DNA of 64,000 bases from an uncultured Candidatus Binatia bacterium (GCA_964291295.2 OZ219754.1:3232001-3296000); one strand, 5' to 3'. Positions 1-9,740 are shown, counted from the stretch's first letter. The notes: a model not told the origin generated them from the sequence alone. A program made the numbers and translations.

Positions 1-1251
1 AAGATCGTCACTCCGCATGCCGTGATGCGCGTACGCATTGCGGACCTCCGCCAGATCGTTCCAGAACTTTCCCAGTTCCCGCTGCTCCTCTTTCAGGCGG
101 CCGTGCAACTCGCCGTCGAGAGCCAGCGCCCTGATCGCAAAAAGAGCCCCCTCCGCCCGCTTCCGCACACAGCGGTTCAGCCATTCGTCCTCGTCAGGAG
201 TCTGTTGGCAGACGGCCCACGAGACGAGCCACTCACGCATCAGACGAAGCGCGGTTGCAAGGTTCCCACGCTCAAGCAGGCCGTCGACGATTTGGGACTG
301 ACGATGCAGTTCATCGCGGTCCAGTCGAACTTGTCGTTTCCATCCGGCACCGGTTACCGCCTTGTTCAAAGCGAACGGTTCCAGGATCTCCGAAAGTCGC
401 TCAAGCAGCTTTCCTGAGAGCGGTAGACGATGCTCCTTGTCGAGAAGTTTGTGTAACGGTCTGCGCCGCTGCTCAACGACGTCAAGAACGTTTCGGGCCT
501 GCCATCCGGCCTCCAGAGGCAAGGCGGAGAGATACGCTTCGGAAATTCGTTCCAGATCCCGGGCAATGCGCCTGGCCGGCTGGCCGCCCCGACCGTCACC
601 GAGGTTCCTTGCCATGGGCAAGGTGCTGCCGGTTTCTTCCAGGACCTCCAGCGCATGGACCCAGCGTGGCAGTTCCAGGAGCGGCCGCAGGTCGAGGAAG
701 GGACACGGGCCGGTGGGACTCAGCATGCCGTAGTAGGCGCCATGGACCGTCACTCCACGGAGAGCAACCAGATAGAGAACCGCGACATAGGTGAGAAACG
801 AGAAGTGCCGGAACCCATGCGTCACATCCACAGTGAGTTCGAGTTCGACATCCGGATACATCGAATCGATCCCGCCGATGACCTCTTCCAGAAAGACGTT
901 GACGTGTTCCTGCTTATCACCGGCCGGAACCCGAAGTGCCTCGACCGGAATCCGATTGCCCAACTCGCTCTCAAGCAGCGGCAGGCTGTCCTGTTCGGCT
1001 TCGGGAGTACAGAGCGCCAGCACCCGGCCCGGGCGATCGTTCTCCGGCAACAACTTGAGCAATGCCAAGGCCGCCAGCGGCGCCTCCACCTCCCGCCCTT
1101 CAAGGGCGTATCGGACCGCCTTCGGTTTCGTTCCGAGCACGGTGAGCAGCAAGTGCTGCCGGCGGGACACCCGGTGCGCCGAGTCGGCCGGGAGGGGCTT
1201 TGGCTCGGATACCTTGATGCCATCAACCGATCGGGCATCCCGATGGTTCAC
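1..1251 (-). CDS. csx1: CRISPR-associated CARF (DxTHG, TM1812/TIGR02221-like) + HEPN ribonuclease, Csx1/Csm6 type; 3' end outside window
   Basis: Manual translation, not in ORF track. GTG at 1251 after GGAG; open to position 1. N-terminal LLTVLG strand, VDVTHGFRH (DVTHG at 828-814), REW motif, HEPN motif RNAYAH at 42-25. Confidence 0.88.
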   Translation of the reverse strand, partial: MNHRDARSVDGIKVSEPKPLPADSAHRVSRRQHLLLTVLGTKPKAVRYALEGREVEAPLAALALLKLLPENDRPGRVLALCTPEAEQDSLPLLESELGNRIPVEALRVPAGDKQEHVNVFLEEVIGGIDSMYPDVELELTVDVTHGFRHFSFLTYVAVLYLVALRGVTVHGAYYGMLSPTGPCPFLDLRPLLELPRWVHALEVLEETGSTLPMARNLGDGRGGQPARRIARDLERISEAYLSALPLEAGWQARNVLDVVEQRRRPLHKLLDKEHRLPLSGKLLERLSEILEPFALNKAVTGAGWKRQVRLDRDELHRQSQIVDGLLERGNLATALRLMREWLVSWAVCQQTPDEDEWLNRCVRKRAEGALFAIRALALDGELHGRLKEEQRELGKFWNDLAEVRNAYAHHGMRSDDL

Positions 1252-1272
1252 TTCGTCACCGCTCCCATTTCG

Positions 1273-1304
1273 CTACGTCCCGGAAAACCCTACGTCCCGG
1301 AAAA
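1273..1304. repeat. 15-bp direct repeat x2 (period 17) just upstream of csx1
   Basis: ctacgtcccggaaaa at 1273-1287 and 1290-1304. Confidence 0.85.
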
Positions 1305-1769
1305 ACCACGATGCCATGCTGAAAATGCCATACCCTGACGGTGCCATACCCGCGCTGACCGCCCACCCGGGCCGGGCGATCCTGTCTCTGCCGAGTCGGT
1401 GCATGGAAAATGTGACGCATGCCAACCACGAACGACTGACAGTACCATGAACGGCCTGATGCTTCAAAAAGGCCGCGGCGCGGGGCTGATGGACAGCGTG
1501 AATGGCTGACGGAAACCGCGAAGATCGGGAACCTGCCGGTAACGCCGGAATACCCTTGCACCCGGGCGACCGCTTCTTCCAGTCCATCCGCTCGAACACG
1601 GCGGCGCGGCCGGACGAGACCGGCCGACGCGAAGGAGCGAAGATGCGCAGGAGAGGCCACCGCTCGCGCCGCCCCGCGGCCGGGCCTCGTGGATGATCCG
1701 CCCCATCATCGCCCGCGCCATGACACCTGCCACCGCCAGGACGACAGCCTCGGAACGGCAACCGGAGGT

Positions 1770-2222
1770 TCAGGAGCGGTGGCGTTTCGGCGGCTGCGGA
1801 TTGTTGGCGGGATTGGTGTCATGCTTCGTCACGCTCGCCACCGCCCCGTTCCCGACCAGCGGTTTCAGTTCAGCCTCCAGTGCATCGGCCCTGGCCCCGG
1901 AGTAGACCTCGGCGCCGTCCACGCAGAGAGTGAAGGACTTGATGTACTTCGCCTTCTTGGCCGGGTCTTCGATAGTTGCCCTGGTCCAGGCGTAGAGCGG
2001 GTACTGGTCAGCGCCCTGTTGCTCGGCCTCGGCGCAGTAGTCCGCGAAAGCGTCGTACTGGCATTTCAGGACGGCGCCGTGCCTCGCGAGAATGTCCCTG
2101 AGCGGCTCAAGGGACGGGTGGCGGTCGCCCGTGCGCGCGGCTTCCGCGACGTCATCGGCCAGATTGACGCGCAACTGGTACTGCCACGGGCCGGTGGCTG
2201 TCCCTCCGGTCTTCGTCACCAT
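1770..2222 (-). CDS. Hypothetical protein, probably conserved
   Basis: 150-aa ORF with protein-like composition (WQYQLRV, YPLYAWTRATIEDPAKKAKY, KHDTNPANNPQPP); GGAG upstream. Confidence 0.75.
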   Translation of the reverse strand: MVTKTGGTATGPWQYQLRVNLADDVAEAARTGDRHPSLEPLRDILARHGAVLKCQYDAFADYCAEAEQQGADQYPLYAWTRATIEDPAKKAKYIKSFTLCVDGAEVYSGARADALEAELKPLVGNGAVASVTKHDTNPANNPQPPKRHRS

Positions 2223-2333
2223 GACTGTTACTCCGGGTGGTATCCATTCTCCAGATGTTCCCCCCAGGCTCGCGGGCCATCCGGCAGGGTGCGGCCCGCC
2301 CCACGCCAGCGGGACGCCGCCACGATATCGTCC

Positions 2334-3515
2334 TCACCGCCGGTCCAGCGTCTCCCTGGCGACGAACGCCAGCCCGGCGGCGGCTCCCAGAAGGACCGGC
2401 GCGTAGACGAGGAACGTCCGGCCGGCACTGACGAGGTCCACGAGCCAACCGCCCAGCAGCGGACCCGTCACCGCGCCGCACTCGCCCACGGTGCGGCGCA
2501 GCCCCTGAAGGCGTCCCCGGGCCTCCGCCGGGACCACGTCGTATGTGGACACCGCCAAGGCACCCAGGGACATCCCTTGGGCAAGGCCGATGATCACCAT
2601 GAGGACCGTGAGTTGCGGCAGGGTCGCGGCGAACGGAAAGGCCAGGAACGAGATGCCCGGAAGCGCCGTGCTCGGGACGCTGGCGTACTTGCGCCCGACC
2701 CGGTCGGTGATGAAGCCGGCGGGCAGGATCATGAGCAGGACGAAAACCCCGGACACGCCGAAAAGGCCTCCCACATGTACCGCGGAAAAGCCCAACTCCA
2801 CGCCGGCGTACAGCGGCAGCATGCCTTGCAGGGCGGTACGGTACATCTGCATGCTGAAGGTCGCCGCCACCAGCGCCACGAACGTGGCACGGAGGTGCGG
2901 GACGACATCCGACACCCTGCCCCACCAGGCGAGCCTGCCGGCATGACCCCGCACCGTGTCTTTCCGGGCCAGCACCGCGGTCATCCACACGGCCAGGGCC
3001 ACGGCCGCACAGACCGCGAACACCATCCGGAAACCCACCCGGTGGGCAATGATCCCGCCCGCCACCGGACCGATGGCCGTGCCCGCCGACTTGACCCCCA
3101 TGAAGCCGCTCAACAGGCGTCCTCGCTGGTGCTGCGGTACCATCTCGACCCCGGACACCTCGCGCCCCATGGTCCAGACGCTGTCGCCGACCCCGGCCAC
3201 GAACTGTCCGAGAAGCAACAGAAAAAAGGAGGGCGTGACCGCGGTCGTGAAAGCGCCCGCCAGCAACAGGGCGCTGCCCGCCAGCATCGCGGTCCTGGCG
3301 CCGTATCGGTCGACGAGCAGGCCGGCGGGGATCAGAACCACGGTGCGGCCCAGCGCGTGAGCGGTCACCACCTGCACGGCGAGCCCGGCGGACACTCCGA
3401 AAGAGGCCGCCAGCAAGGGAATGGTCGGAAACACCATGCCCTGCCCCAGACTCACGAGCAGGACCGTGCCGTACAGAAGTGCGAGGCTGCCGGCCCGTGC
3501 ACCCGTCATCGGCAA
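2334..3515 (-). CDS. MFS transporter
   Basis: About 12 hydrophobic segments; motif A twice (GLLVDRYGAR, GFITDRVGRK). Confidence 0.9.
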   Translation of the reverse strand: MPMTGARAGSLALLYGTVLLVSLGQGMVFPTIPLLAASFGVSAGLAVQVVTAHALGRTVVLIPAGLLVDRYGARTAMLAGSALLLAGAFTTAVTPSFFLLLLGQFVAGVGDSVWTMGREVSGVEMVPQHQRGRLLSGFMGVKSAGTAIGPVAGGIIAHRVGFRMVFAVCAAVALAVWMTAVLARKDTVRGHAGRLAWWGRVSDVVPHLRATFVALVAATFSMQMYRTALQGMLPLYAGVELGFSAVHVGGLFGVSGVFVLLMILPAGFITDRVGRKYASVPSTALPGISFLAFPFAATLPQLTVLMVIIGLAQGMSLGALAVSTYDVVPAEARGRLQGLRRTVGECGAVTGPLLGGWLVDLVSAGRTFLVYAPVLLGAAAGLAFVARETLDRR

Positions 3516-3536
3516 AGGTCCGGAAGCCGGAACGGG

Positions 3537-4133
3537 TCAGGGCCTGGAGCCGCCGTAGAGGGAGAGTCCGGAGCCCTTTTCGTGGCACACCGCGTCCCTG
3601 AACCCGGCGCTGCGGAACCAGCCCAGCTGGTCGTCCACCGTTGCCGAGCCGCGGTCGAGATTGAAGAACCGGCCGCCGGACCGCACGCGCCCGAAGATCT
3701 CGCGGTAGATGGACTGGATGATCTCACCGGCGCGAACGTTGTGGATGGCGTTGCACGAAACCACGAGGTCGAACTCGCCGCCGGCCACCTGGCTCCAGTC
3801 CTTCCTGCTGAAGTCCGAGATCACATACTCGAACCGCCCTTCGAGATCCTTCATGCGTTGGCCGCCGAGCCGGGCCATGGCGGCCGAGCCGTCGTGGCAA
3901 ACCGCCGTCGCCCGCGGGAACGATTCCAACAGGAACCTGCTGAGCGCCCCATAGCCGCAACCCACATCCATGAACCGGAAGGCAACGCCGCCGTCGAACG
4001 GCAACAGGCTCGCCAGCAGTGAGAACTGCCGGGCGCGCAGTGTCTCGTTGCGCCGCTGGCGTTGCGCCCAGTCCTCGACATATTCCTCGGAGTTCCAGTC
4101 ATGCTGCCGCAACGGGTCGGTGATCTGTGCCAT
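3537..4133 (-). CDS. Class I SAM-dependent methyltransferase
   Basis: MDVGCGYG motif I, FDLVVSCNAIH; start set at MAQITD. Confidence 0.85.
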   Translation of the reverse strand: MAQITDPLRQHDWNSEEYVEDWAQRQRRNETLRARQFSLLASLLPFDGGVAFRFMDVGCGYGALSRFLLESFPRATAVCHDGSAAMARLGGQRMKDLEGRFEYVISDFSRKDWSQVAGGEFDLVVSCNAIHNVRAGEIIQSIYREIFGRVRSGGRFFNLDRGSATVDDQLGWFRSAGFRDAVCHEKGSGLSLYGGSRP

Positions 4134-4648
4134 TTGTGCTTTTCCGCCTCCTCTGGAGTGGCCCGCCCCTCTGACGACAGAACGCGGACCCTTGGGACTT
4201 AGACGAAACAGGCGCGGATGTCCAGATCGACAGCCAACCGCCGCAAGCCTGCGGAGACAGTCCCCGAACCTGCGCGCGGCTTCCGGGCAACATGAGACGC
4301 ACGAGACAGCAGGGCAATGCACGAAGTGTCGTTCATCCGCAGCGTTCTTCACTTGGCTCCCGCTGCGGGCGGCAGCGCGGACTCGCACGTTCGCGCCGCT
4401 CGTCAACCGGCACGGGAATGGCGCGATCATGGACCACCACAAAACGGGGAACCAAGCGCGGCGATATCCTGGGATTGAGTGGGAGCGTCGACATCGCCCA
4501 CGGACGGATCATACGGATACCATGAAGGTCCGCGCACAACGCTACAAACATCCACCGCACCGTCGCATCCACCCTATCGCTCGCATGACGTGCCCAATAC
4601 CTGGACGGAGGCCGCTCGGGAAGATCCGGCGACAACAACCGCTCCGGC

Positions 4649-5731
4649 TCATGGAGACGAAACCTCGTCGGCCCCCGACTTCTCCTTCCAGGCTTTACTG
4701 ACGGCAACGGCAAGATCGTGAAGCGTGCTCCCATGATCTGTCCATTCCTGATCGCCCAGAAGACAGTACCATTCTTCTGGTACCTTGCCCGTTGGCGGAA
4801 CGTTGGGCGGCGTCCGAGTCTCAAATGGAACTGTTTGCCGTGCTTCTGTGAATTTATCGAAACACAAGTGTACAGAGAATGGAGAAAATGTGAGACGCAA
4901 CCGTTGAACACCTTGCTCCAATATGACAGAACTCGAAGCAGACGAGTTGGAACCATCTATGTTAATAGCAGGCATGTGAAACGTAATTCCTGACTGCTTT
5001 ACTTTTTCGCGTCTGGCGACAACGCTCAGCTTCTCCACTACTTCATTCCAGAGGCGGCCGATCCCAAGCTTCTCGGCCTGCCCCTCATGCCGGCGGCGAA
5101 GCTCCACGGCACTCGGTTGCTTTGACGCGGCACCCACACCGCGGGCCTCGCTTTCCTCAGCATGTCTGGCGAGAAGCGTCCTATTACCGTACTGGTAACC
5201 ATGAAATGAGAAGAGAGAGATATCGACTCCGTTGCTCGATAGAAACCGGACCATGCGCTGCGCTGCGGTATCAAAACCGAAACCGACAAGCACCATTTTC
5301 ACGGGCCTCAACTCGGTCATATCCCTGTAAGGGTAACGCTCCCCATACCACTCTTCAAAATCTGCGATTTCAGCGATTCCATTGCTTCCAGAACACTTGG
5401 AGATACGTTCTGCAAGTTCATCTGCTTCAAGTGACTCCAGACAAGAGCCGTAGTCAATGGCTTGCGCGACAGCCTCACGAGTCAGTTTCCCGCGCTTCAG
5501 TTCGAATAGTATGAGTTGCCCACTCTCGTCCACTCCGAGCAGATCGAGACAACAACCGCTCTCCGTCGGTGTTTGACGACCCACCAGCGTCAAGCCTGGC
5601 ATGAGCATGTCCGGATTCTCAACCAGCAGATCCTCCAGAGAGATCTCCGTTTCCATTCCATGGATCGGCGGTACGGGGGCGACGCCTTTGGAGTCGTTGT
5701 CCACCGCCCAAATCTTGATCTCGTCTGTCAT
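4649..5731 (-). CDS. NucS/DUF91-like PD-(D/E)xK endonuclease domain protein
   Basis: LEDLLVENP...VGRQ...LDLLGVD...FELKRG...AVAQAIDY; GGAGG before MTDEIK; visibly more AT-rich than flanks. Confidence 0.8.
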   Translation of the reverse strand: MTDEIKIWAVDNDSKGVAPVPPIHGMETEISLEDLLVENPDMLMPGLTLVGRQTPTESGCCLDLLGVDESGQLILFELKRGKLTREAVAQAIDYGSCLESLEADELAERISKCSGSNGIAEIADFEEWYGERYPYRDMTELRPVKMVLVGFGFDTAAQRMVRFLSSNGVDISLFSFHGYQYGNRTLLARHAEESEARGVGAASKQPSAVELRRRHEGQAEKLGIGRLWNEVVEKLSVVARREKVKQSGITFHMPAINIDGSNSSASSSVILEQGVQRLRLTFSPFSVHLCFDKFTEARQTVPFETRTPPNVPPTGKVPEEWYCLLGDQEWTDHGSTLHDLAVAVSKAWKEKSGADEVSSP

Positions 5732-5944
5732 TTCGCCTCCTCGGACTTCCGGTCCGGCGAGCCTGCCGCGCACCATCACGGAATGATACTCGTTCCCGAT
5801 TCGCGGTCCGCCAGGCATGGGGCCCGCGGCTGCGCTGCGACCCCGGGAAGGCCTGTACAACCCCGAGTTCGCCGGGGCTGAATCCGTACGATCCACGGGT
5901 TGCGAGTGGCTCCATGTCGCGCCATCGCCTTGTTCGAACCTTCC

Positions 5945-6571
5945 CTACAGGATCCGGATCTTCGCCCTGTTGTAGGCGGCCACGGACGCGGCGGCCGCGC
6001 CGCTTCGGGGGTAGTCCGCGGCCTCCAGGCTCCACACCATGGTGTCCCTCACGAGCCCTTCGGCGTCCGTCTTGTTGCCGTGGAGCGTCGAACGGTGGGT
6101 GTAGCCCAGCTTCTCCGCCACCCGGGCGCTGGCGGCGTTCCGCGGGTCGCAGCGTATCTCCACCCGTTCCACGCCGTAGATCTCGAAAGCCACCCGTGTC
6201 AGCGCGGCTGCGGACTCGGTGGCCAGCCCCCTGTTGGCATGGGTCTGCCCGACCCAATAGCCGATCTCCCGCGCGTCCCGGTTCTCCCGCGCATGCAGGC
6301 CGGTGCCGCCGATGATCCGGAGGCCGTCGGCGCCGAAGATGCCGTAGACAGCGTCCCGCCGTGACAGGAAGTCGTCCCGGAAGCGCCGCAGCCGTTCCGT
6401 CTTCATCTCAAGGGATTCCGGTTCCTGGCGCGCCCAGTCCATCCACGGACGCAGATAGTCCAGATTGTCGTTGATCGTGCGCTGCAACAGGTTCGCATCC
6501 GTCGGATGCCAGCAGCGCAGGATCAGCCGCGGCGTGTGAATGCTGTACGCCAGTCCCGAGCGGCGCGCCAT
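5945..6571 (-). CDS. GNAT acetyltransferase, RimJ/RimL family
   Basis: TPRLILR, EIGYWV...GLATE, NAASARVAEKLGY. Confidence 0.88.
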   Translation of the reverse strand: MARRSGLAYSIHTPRLILRCWHPTDANLLQRTINDNLDYLRPWMDWARQEPESLEMKTERLRRFRDDFLSRRDAVYGIFGADGLRIIGGTGLHARENRDAREIGYWVGQTHANRGLATESAAALTRVAFEIYGVERVEIRCDPRNAASARVAEKLGYTHRSTLHGNKTDAEGLVRDTMVWSLEAADYPRSGAAAASVAAYNRAKIRIL

Positions 6572-6588
6572 CCGTCTCTCGTCCTGCC

Positions 6589-6807
6589 TCAAGCGCCGCC
6601 CCTCGCTGGCGGAAATGCGGCCTCCCGCGCTCTCCGGGCGCACGGGTCCGGGCGGCCGTCGCCAACCGCCCGGGCGGCAGCCCGGCGATGCCGGCCGCAG
6701 GCCGTTCCCGCCACCTCCATGCCTGGCCCACCGCGACAGAACGCGGCAGCCCGGGCGATGTCGTTGACGGGGATGGTGCAGTGAGGGAGTTCCCGGGTCT
6801 TGACCAT
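6589..6807 (-). pseudogene. Degraded VOC/glyoxalase gene remnant (N-terminus only)
   Basis: AGGGAGG SD, then MVKTRELPHCTIPVNDIARAAAFCRGGPGMEV resembling the VOC start HxxIxVxDxxRAxxFYxxxLG; similarity lost after about 35 codons. Confidence 0.45.
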
Positions 6808-6845
6808 GTCCGACCTCCCTGCCCGCCCTGCGCTCTCAATCGGAT

Positions 6846-6934
6846 CACGGGACGAAAATGGCGGGAAGAGAAAACAGCGGGAAGAAAGAATAACGAAAAA
6901 ACAACAACGGGAAAAAGAATAACCGGAAAAAACG
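6846..6934. repeat. Degenerate 14-16-bp A-rich tandem repeat, about 6 units (CGGGAA-A-rich)
   Basis: cacgggacgaaaatg/gcgggaagagaaaaca/gcgggaagaaagaata/acgaaaaaacaaca/acgggaaaaagaata/accggaaaaaacg. Confidence 0.7.
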
Positions 6935-7014
6935 TGCTATGGAGAGGCTTTTGTCGTCGCCCTGACACCCGACACCACAGAAACCCTAATGGCAATCCGC
7001 CGAGGAGACCACCG

Positions 7015-8298
7015 GTGAACGACCTGTGCCGACTTTCCGCCAGCGAAGCCGTGGAGCGCATCAACCAGGGCAGGGTCACCTCCGAGGAACTGGTCCGGGC
7101 GTGCCTGGAGCGCATCGAGGAACGAGAATCGGAGGTGGAGGCTTGGGTCCACCTCGACGCCGACTACTCGCTGGCCCAGGCCCGGGCACGCGACCGGGCA
7201 TCGCACCACGGCCCGCTGCACGGCATTCCCTTCGCGGTCAAGGATATCATGGACACGGCCGACATGCCCACGGCCTACGGCTCGCCGATATGGCAAGGCT
7301 TCCGCCCCCGGGCGGACGCCGCCTGCGTGGCCATGACCCGAGCCGCCGGGGGTGTCCTGCTGGGCAAGACCGTCACCACGGAGTTCGCCAGCCGCCATCC
7401 CGGCAAGACCCGGAATCCGCACGACCCGACGCACACGCCCGGCGGCTCCTCCAGCGGCTCGGCCGCGGCGGTGGCCGATTTCATGACGTTCATGGCCTTC
7501 GGCACCCAGACCCTCGGATCGGTCATCCGACCGGCGTCGTTCTGCGGCTGCGTGGGCTACAAGCCGAGCTACGGCGAGATCAGCACCACCGGTGTCAAGG
7601 AGAACACCGGCTCTTTCGACACGGTGGGGCTGTTCGGCCGCGCGGTGGACGACCTGCCGCTCTTCCGGGCGGCGGTCACCGGCGAGCCCATCCGGCGGTT
7701 GCAACCGGTGCCGGTCAAGGGCCTTCGGGTGGGGCTGTGCCGCACGCCGATGTGGGCCAAGGCCAGGGACTACACCCAGGGCTTCGTGGAAGGCGCCGCC
7801 ACGCAACTCGCCAAGGCCGGGGCGGCGGTATCGGACCTGGATCTCGGCGGACCGTTCGGCGCGTTCGAAACCATGGGCCGCCGGGTCAGCGACTACGAGA
7901 TCTCCCGCGCGCTGTCGTGGGAGAGAACCCGCCACTTCGACCTGCTGAGCGAATTCCAACAGGGCAAGATGAGGGGCTGGCCGGTGGTTTCGTACGCACA
8001 GTACCGGGAGGCGGAAGGCGTGATCGCCGCCTGCCGGGCCTGGCTGGAGGAAGCTTCGAGAGAGCTGGACGTACTGCTGACTCCAAGTGCCACGGGCGAG
8101 GCGCCCCAGGGGCTGGACGACACCGGAGACACGGCCTTCAACCTCCTCGCCACCTGGACCGGCGCACCGTGCGTGACCCTGCCCTTGTTCAAGGGACCCG
8201 CGGGACTCCCCGTGGGCCTGCAACTGGTGGGCCGCCGCGGCCACGACCCGCGGTTGTTCGATATAAGCCGCACCGTACTCGCGGTGATGTCCACGTAA
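7015..8298 (+). CDS. Amidase (amidase-signature family)
   Basis: GPLHGIPFAVKD, TPGGSSSGSAAAV, GTQTLGSVIRPASFCG; GTG start after GAGGAG. Confidence 0.93.
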   Translation: MNDLCRLSASEAVERINQGRVTSEELVRACLERIEERESEVEAWVHLDADYSLAQARARDRASHHGPLHGIPFAVKDIMDTADMPTAYGSPIWQGFRPRADAACVAMTRAAGGVLLGKTVTTEFASRHPGKTRNPHDPTHTPGGSSSGSAAAVADFMTFMAFGTQTLGSVIRPASFCGCVGYKPSYGEISTTGVKENTGSFDTVGLFGRAVDDLPLFRAAVTGEPIRRLQPVPVKGLRVGLCRTPMWAKARDYTQGFVEGAATQLAKAGAAVSDLDLGGPFGAFETMGRRVSDYEISRALSWERTRHFDLLSEFQQGKMRGWPVVSYAQYREAEGVIAACRAWLEEASRELDVLLTPSATGEAPQGLDDTGDTAFNLLATWTGAPCVTLPLFKGPAGLPVGLQLVGRRGHDPRLFDISRTVLAVMST

Positions 8299-8366
8299 CC
8301 GGGCCACTGTCGGTTGGCGCTTCGTCATCCGGCCTGATGGCCCCAACCCGATCCGGAGGAAATGCC

Positions 8367-9740
8367 ATGGAACGCTTGAACTCGATCATCGACACCGTCA
8401 ACGCCTTCGCATGGGGTCCGCCCATGCTGGGCATGCTGGGGGTGACCGGTCTGCTCCTCACCCTTGGTCTGGTGTTCATGCCCTGGCGCAAGGTGGGCTA
8501 CGGCTTCCGGCTGCTGTTCGACAAGAGCGGCGCCGTCGGCGAGGGCGAGGTCAAGCCCTTCAACGCGCTGATGACGGCGCTGTCGGCCACGGTGGGCACC
8601 GGCAACATCGCCGGCGTCGCCACGGCCATTGCCCTGGGTGGACCGGGGGCGATCTTCTACATGTGGCTGATCGCCATGTTCGGCATGGCCACCAAGTACG
8701 CCGAGGCGGTGTGCGCCGTCACCTACCGCGAGGTGGACCGCAACGGCAGGTACGTGGGCGGTCCGATGTACTATCTGCGCAACGGCGTGGGCCAGTTCGC
8801 CCCCGAACTGGGCAAGTGGCTCGGGCTGGGGTTCGCGGTGTTCGGCGCGGTGGCCGCCTTCGGCATCGGCAACGCGGTGCAGGTCAACTCCATGGCCACG
8901 GCGCTGGCGGACAGCTTCGCCGTTCCCACCTGGGTCACCGGGCTGGTGGTGGCGGTGCTCGTGGGCATCGTGGTCATCGGCGGAATCCGGCGCATCGGCG
9001 AGGTGGCGGGCAAGCTGGTGCCGGCCATGATCGTGCTCTACATCGGCAGCGCCCTGCTGATCATCGCCATCAACATCACCGCGGTACCGGCGGCCATCGC
9101 GCTGATCTTCACCCATGCCTTCACCCCGGCCGCGGCGGCCGGCGGTTTTGCCGGGGCGGCGGTGGCGGCGGCGGTTCGCTTCGGCGTGGCCCGGGGCGTC
9201 TTCTCGAACGAGTCCGGCCTGGGTTCCGCGGCCATCGCCCATGCGGCGGCACAGACCAACAGCCCGGTGCGGCAGGGCATCATCGCCATGCTGGGAACCT
9301 TCATCGACACCCTCGTGGTCTGCACCATGACCGCGCTGGTGATCCTGACCTCCGGCGCCTGGACCCTGACCGGGGCGGACGGCGGCGGCCTCACCGGCGT
9401 GGTGCTCACCGCCGCGGGCTTCGAGAGCACCGTGACCGGCGGGCGCTACGTCGTCACCGTGGCACTGGCCGTGTTCGCCTTCACCACCATCCTCGGATGG
9501 TCCTACTACGGCGAGCGCTGCTGGCAATATCTGTTCAGCGAGAACAGCCTGGTGATCTACCGGGCGCTGTGGGTGCTGGCGGCCCTGACCTTCGCCAACG
9601 TGAAGGTCGACTTCGTCTGGAACCTGTCGGACACCCTCAACGGCCTGATGGCGGTGCCCAACCTCATCGGCCTGTTGCTGCTGGCGCCGATGGTCTTCAA
9701 GGTCACGCGCGAACACTTCGACAAGGCGGAGAACCGATAG
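8367..9740 (+). CDS. Sodium:alanine/glycine symporter (AGCS family)
   Basis: ALSATVGTGNIAGVATAIALGGPGAIFYMW, GGPMYY, RGVFSNESGLGS; GGAGG SD. Confidence 0.95.
   Translation: MERLNSIIDTVNAFAWGPPMLGMLGVTGLLLTLGLVFMPWRKVGYGFRLLFDKSGAVGEGEVKPFNALMTALSATVGTGNIAGVATAIALGGPGAIFYMWLIAMFGMATKYAEAVCAVTYREVDRNGRYVGGPMYYLRNGVGQFAPELGKWLGLGFAVFGAVAAFGIGNAVQVNSMATALADSFAVPTWVTGLVVAVLVGIVVIGGIRRIGEVAGKLVPAMIVLYIGSALLIIAINITAVPAAIALIFTHAFTPAAAAGGFAGAAVAAAVRFGVARGVFSNESGLGSAAIAHAAAQTNSPVRQGIIAMLGTFIDTLVVCTMTALVILTSGAWTLTGADGGGLTGVVLTAAGFESTVTGGRYVVTVALAVFAFTTILGWSYYGERCWQYLFSENSLVIYRALWVLAALTFANVKVDFVWNLSDTLNGLMAVPNLIGLLLLAPMVFKVTREHFDKAENR

Noticed and set aside
22-1450. Plus-strand ORFs 22..417, 255..794, 655..1338, 791..1450
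   Set aside because: Antisense shadows of the csx1 frame, which carries the real motifs.
1273-1769. Possible CRISPR array or small gene next to csx1
   Set aside because: No repeat-spacer periodicity; the overlapping short ORFs have no motif I can support.
1689-4022. 777-aa plus-strand ORF
   Set aside because: Arg/Gly/His-rich antisense frame over three well-supported minus-strand genes; a typical high-GC artefact.
4140-4648. 500-bp gap as an ncRNA or gene remnant
   Set aside because: No recognisable RNA motif or coding signature.
8299-8366. Glycine riboswitch before the AGCS symporter
   Set aside because: Gap is only 68 bp and lacks the aptamer pattern.
7026-9740. 904-aa ORF suggesting a giant fused symporter
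   Set aside because: The first 447 codons are an alternate frame of the amidase; the symporter has its own GGAGG and ATG at 8367.
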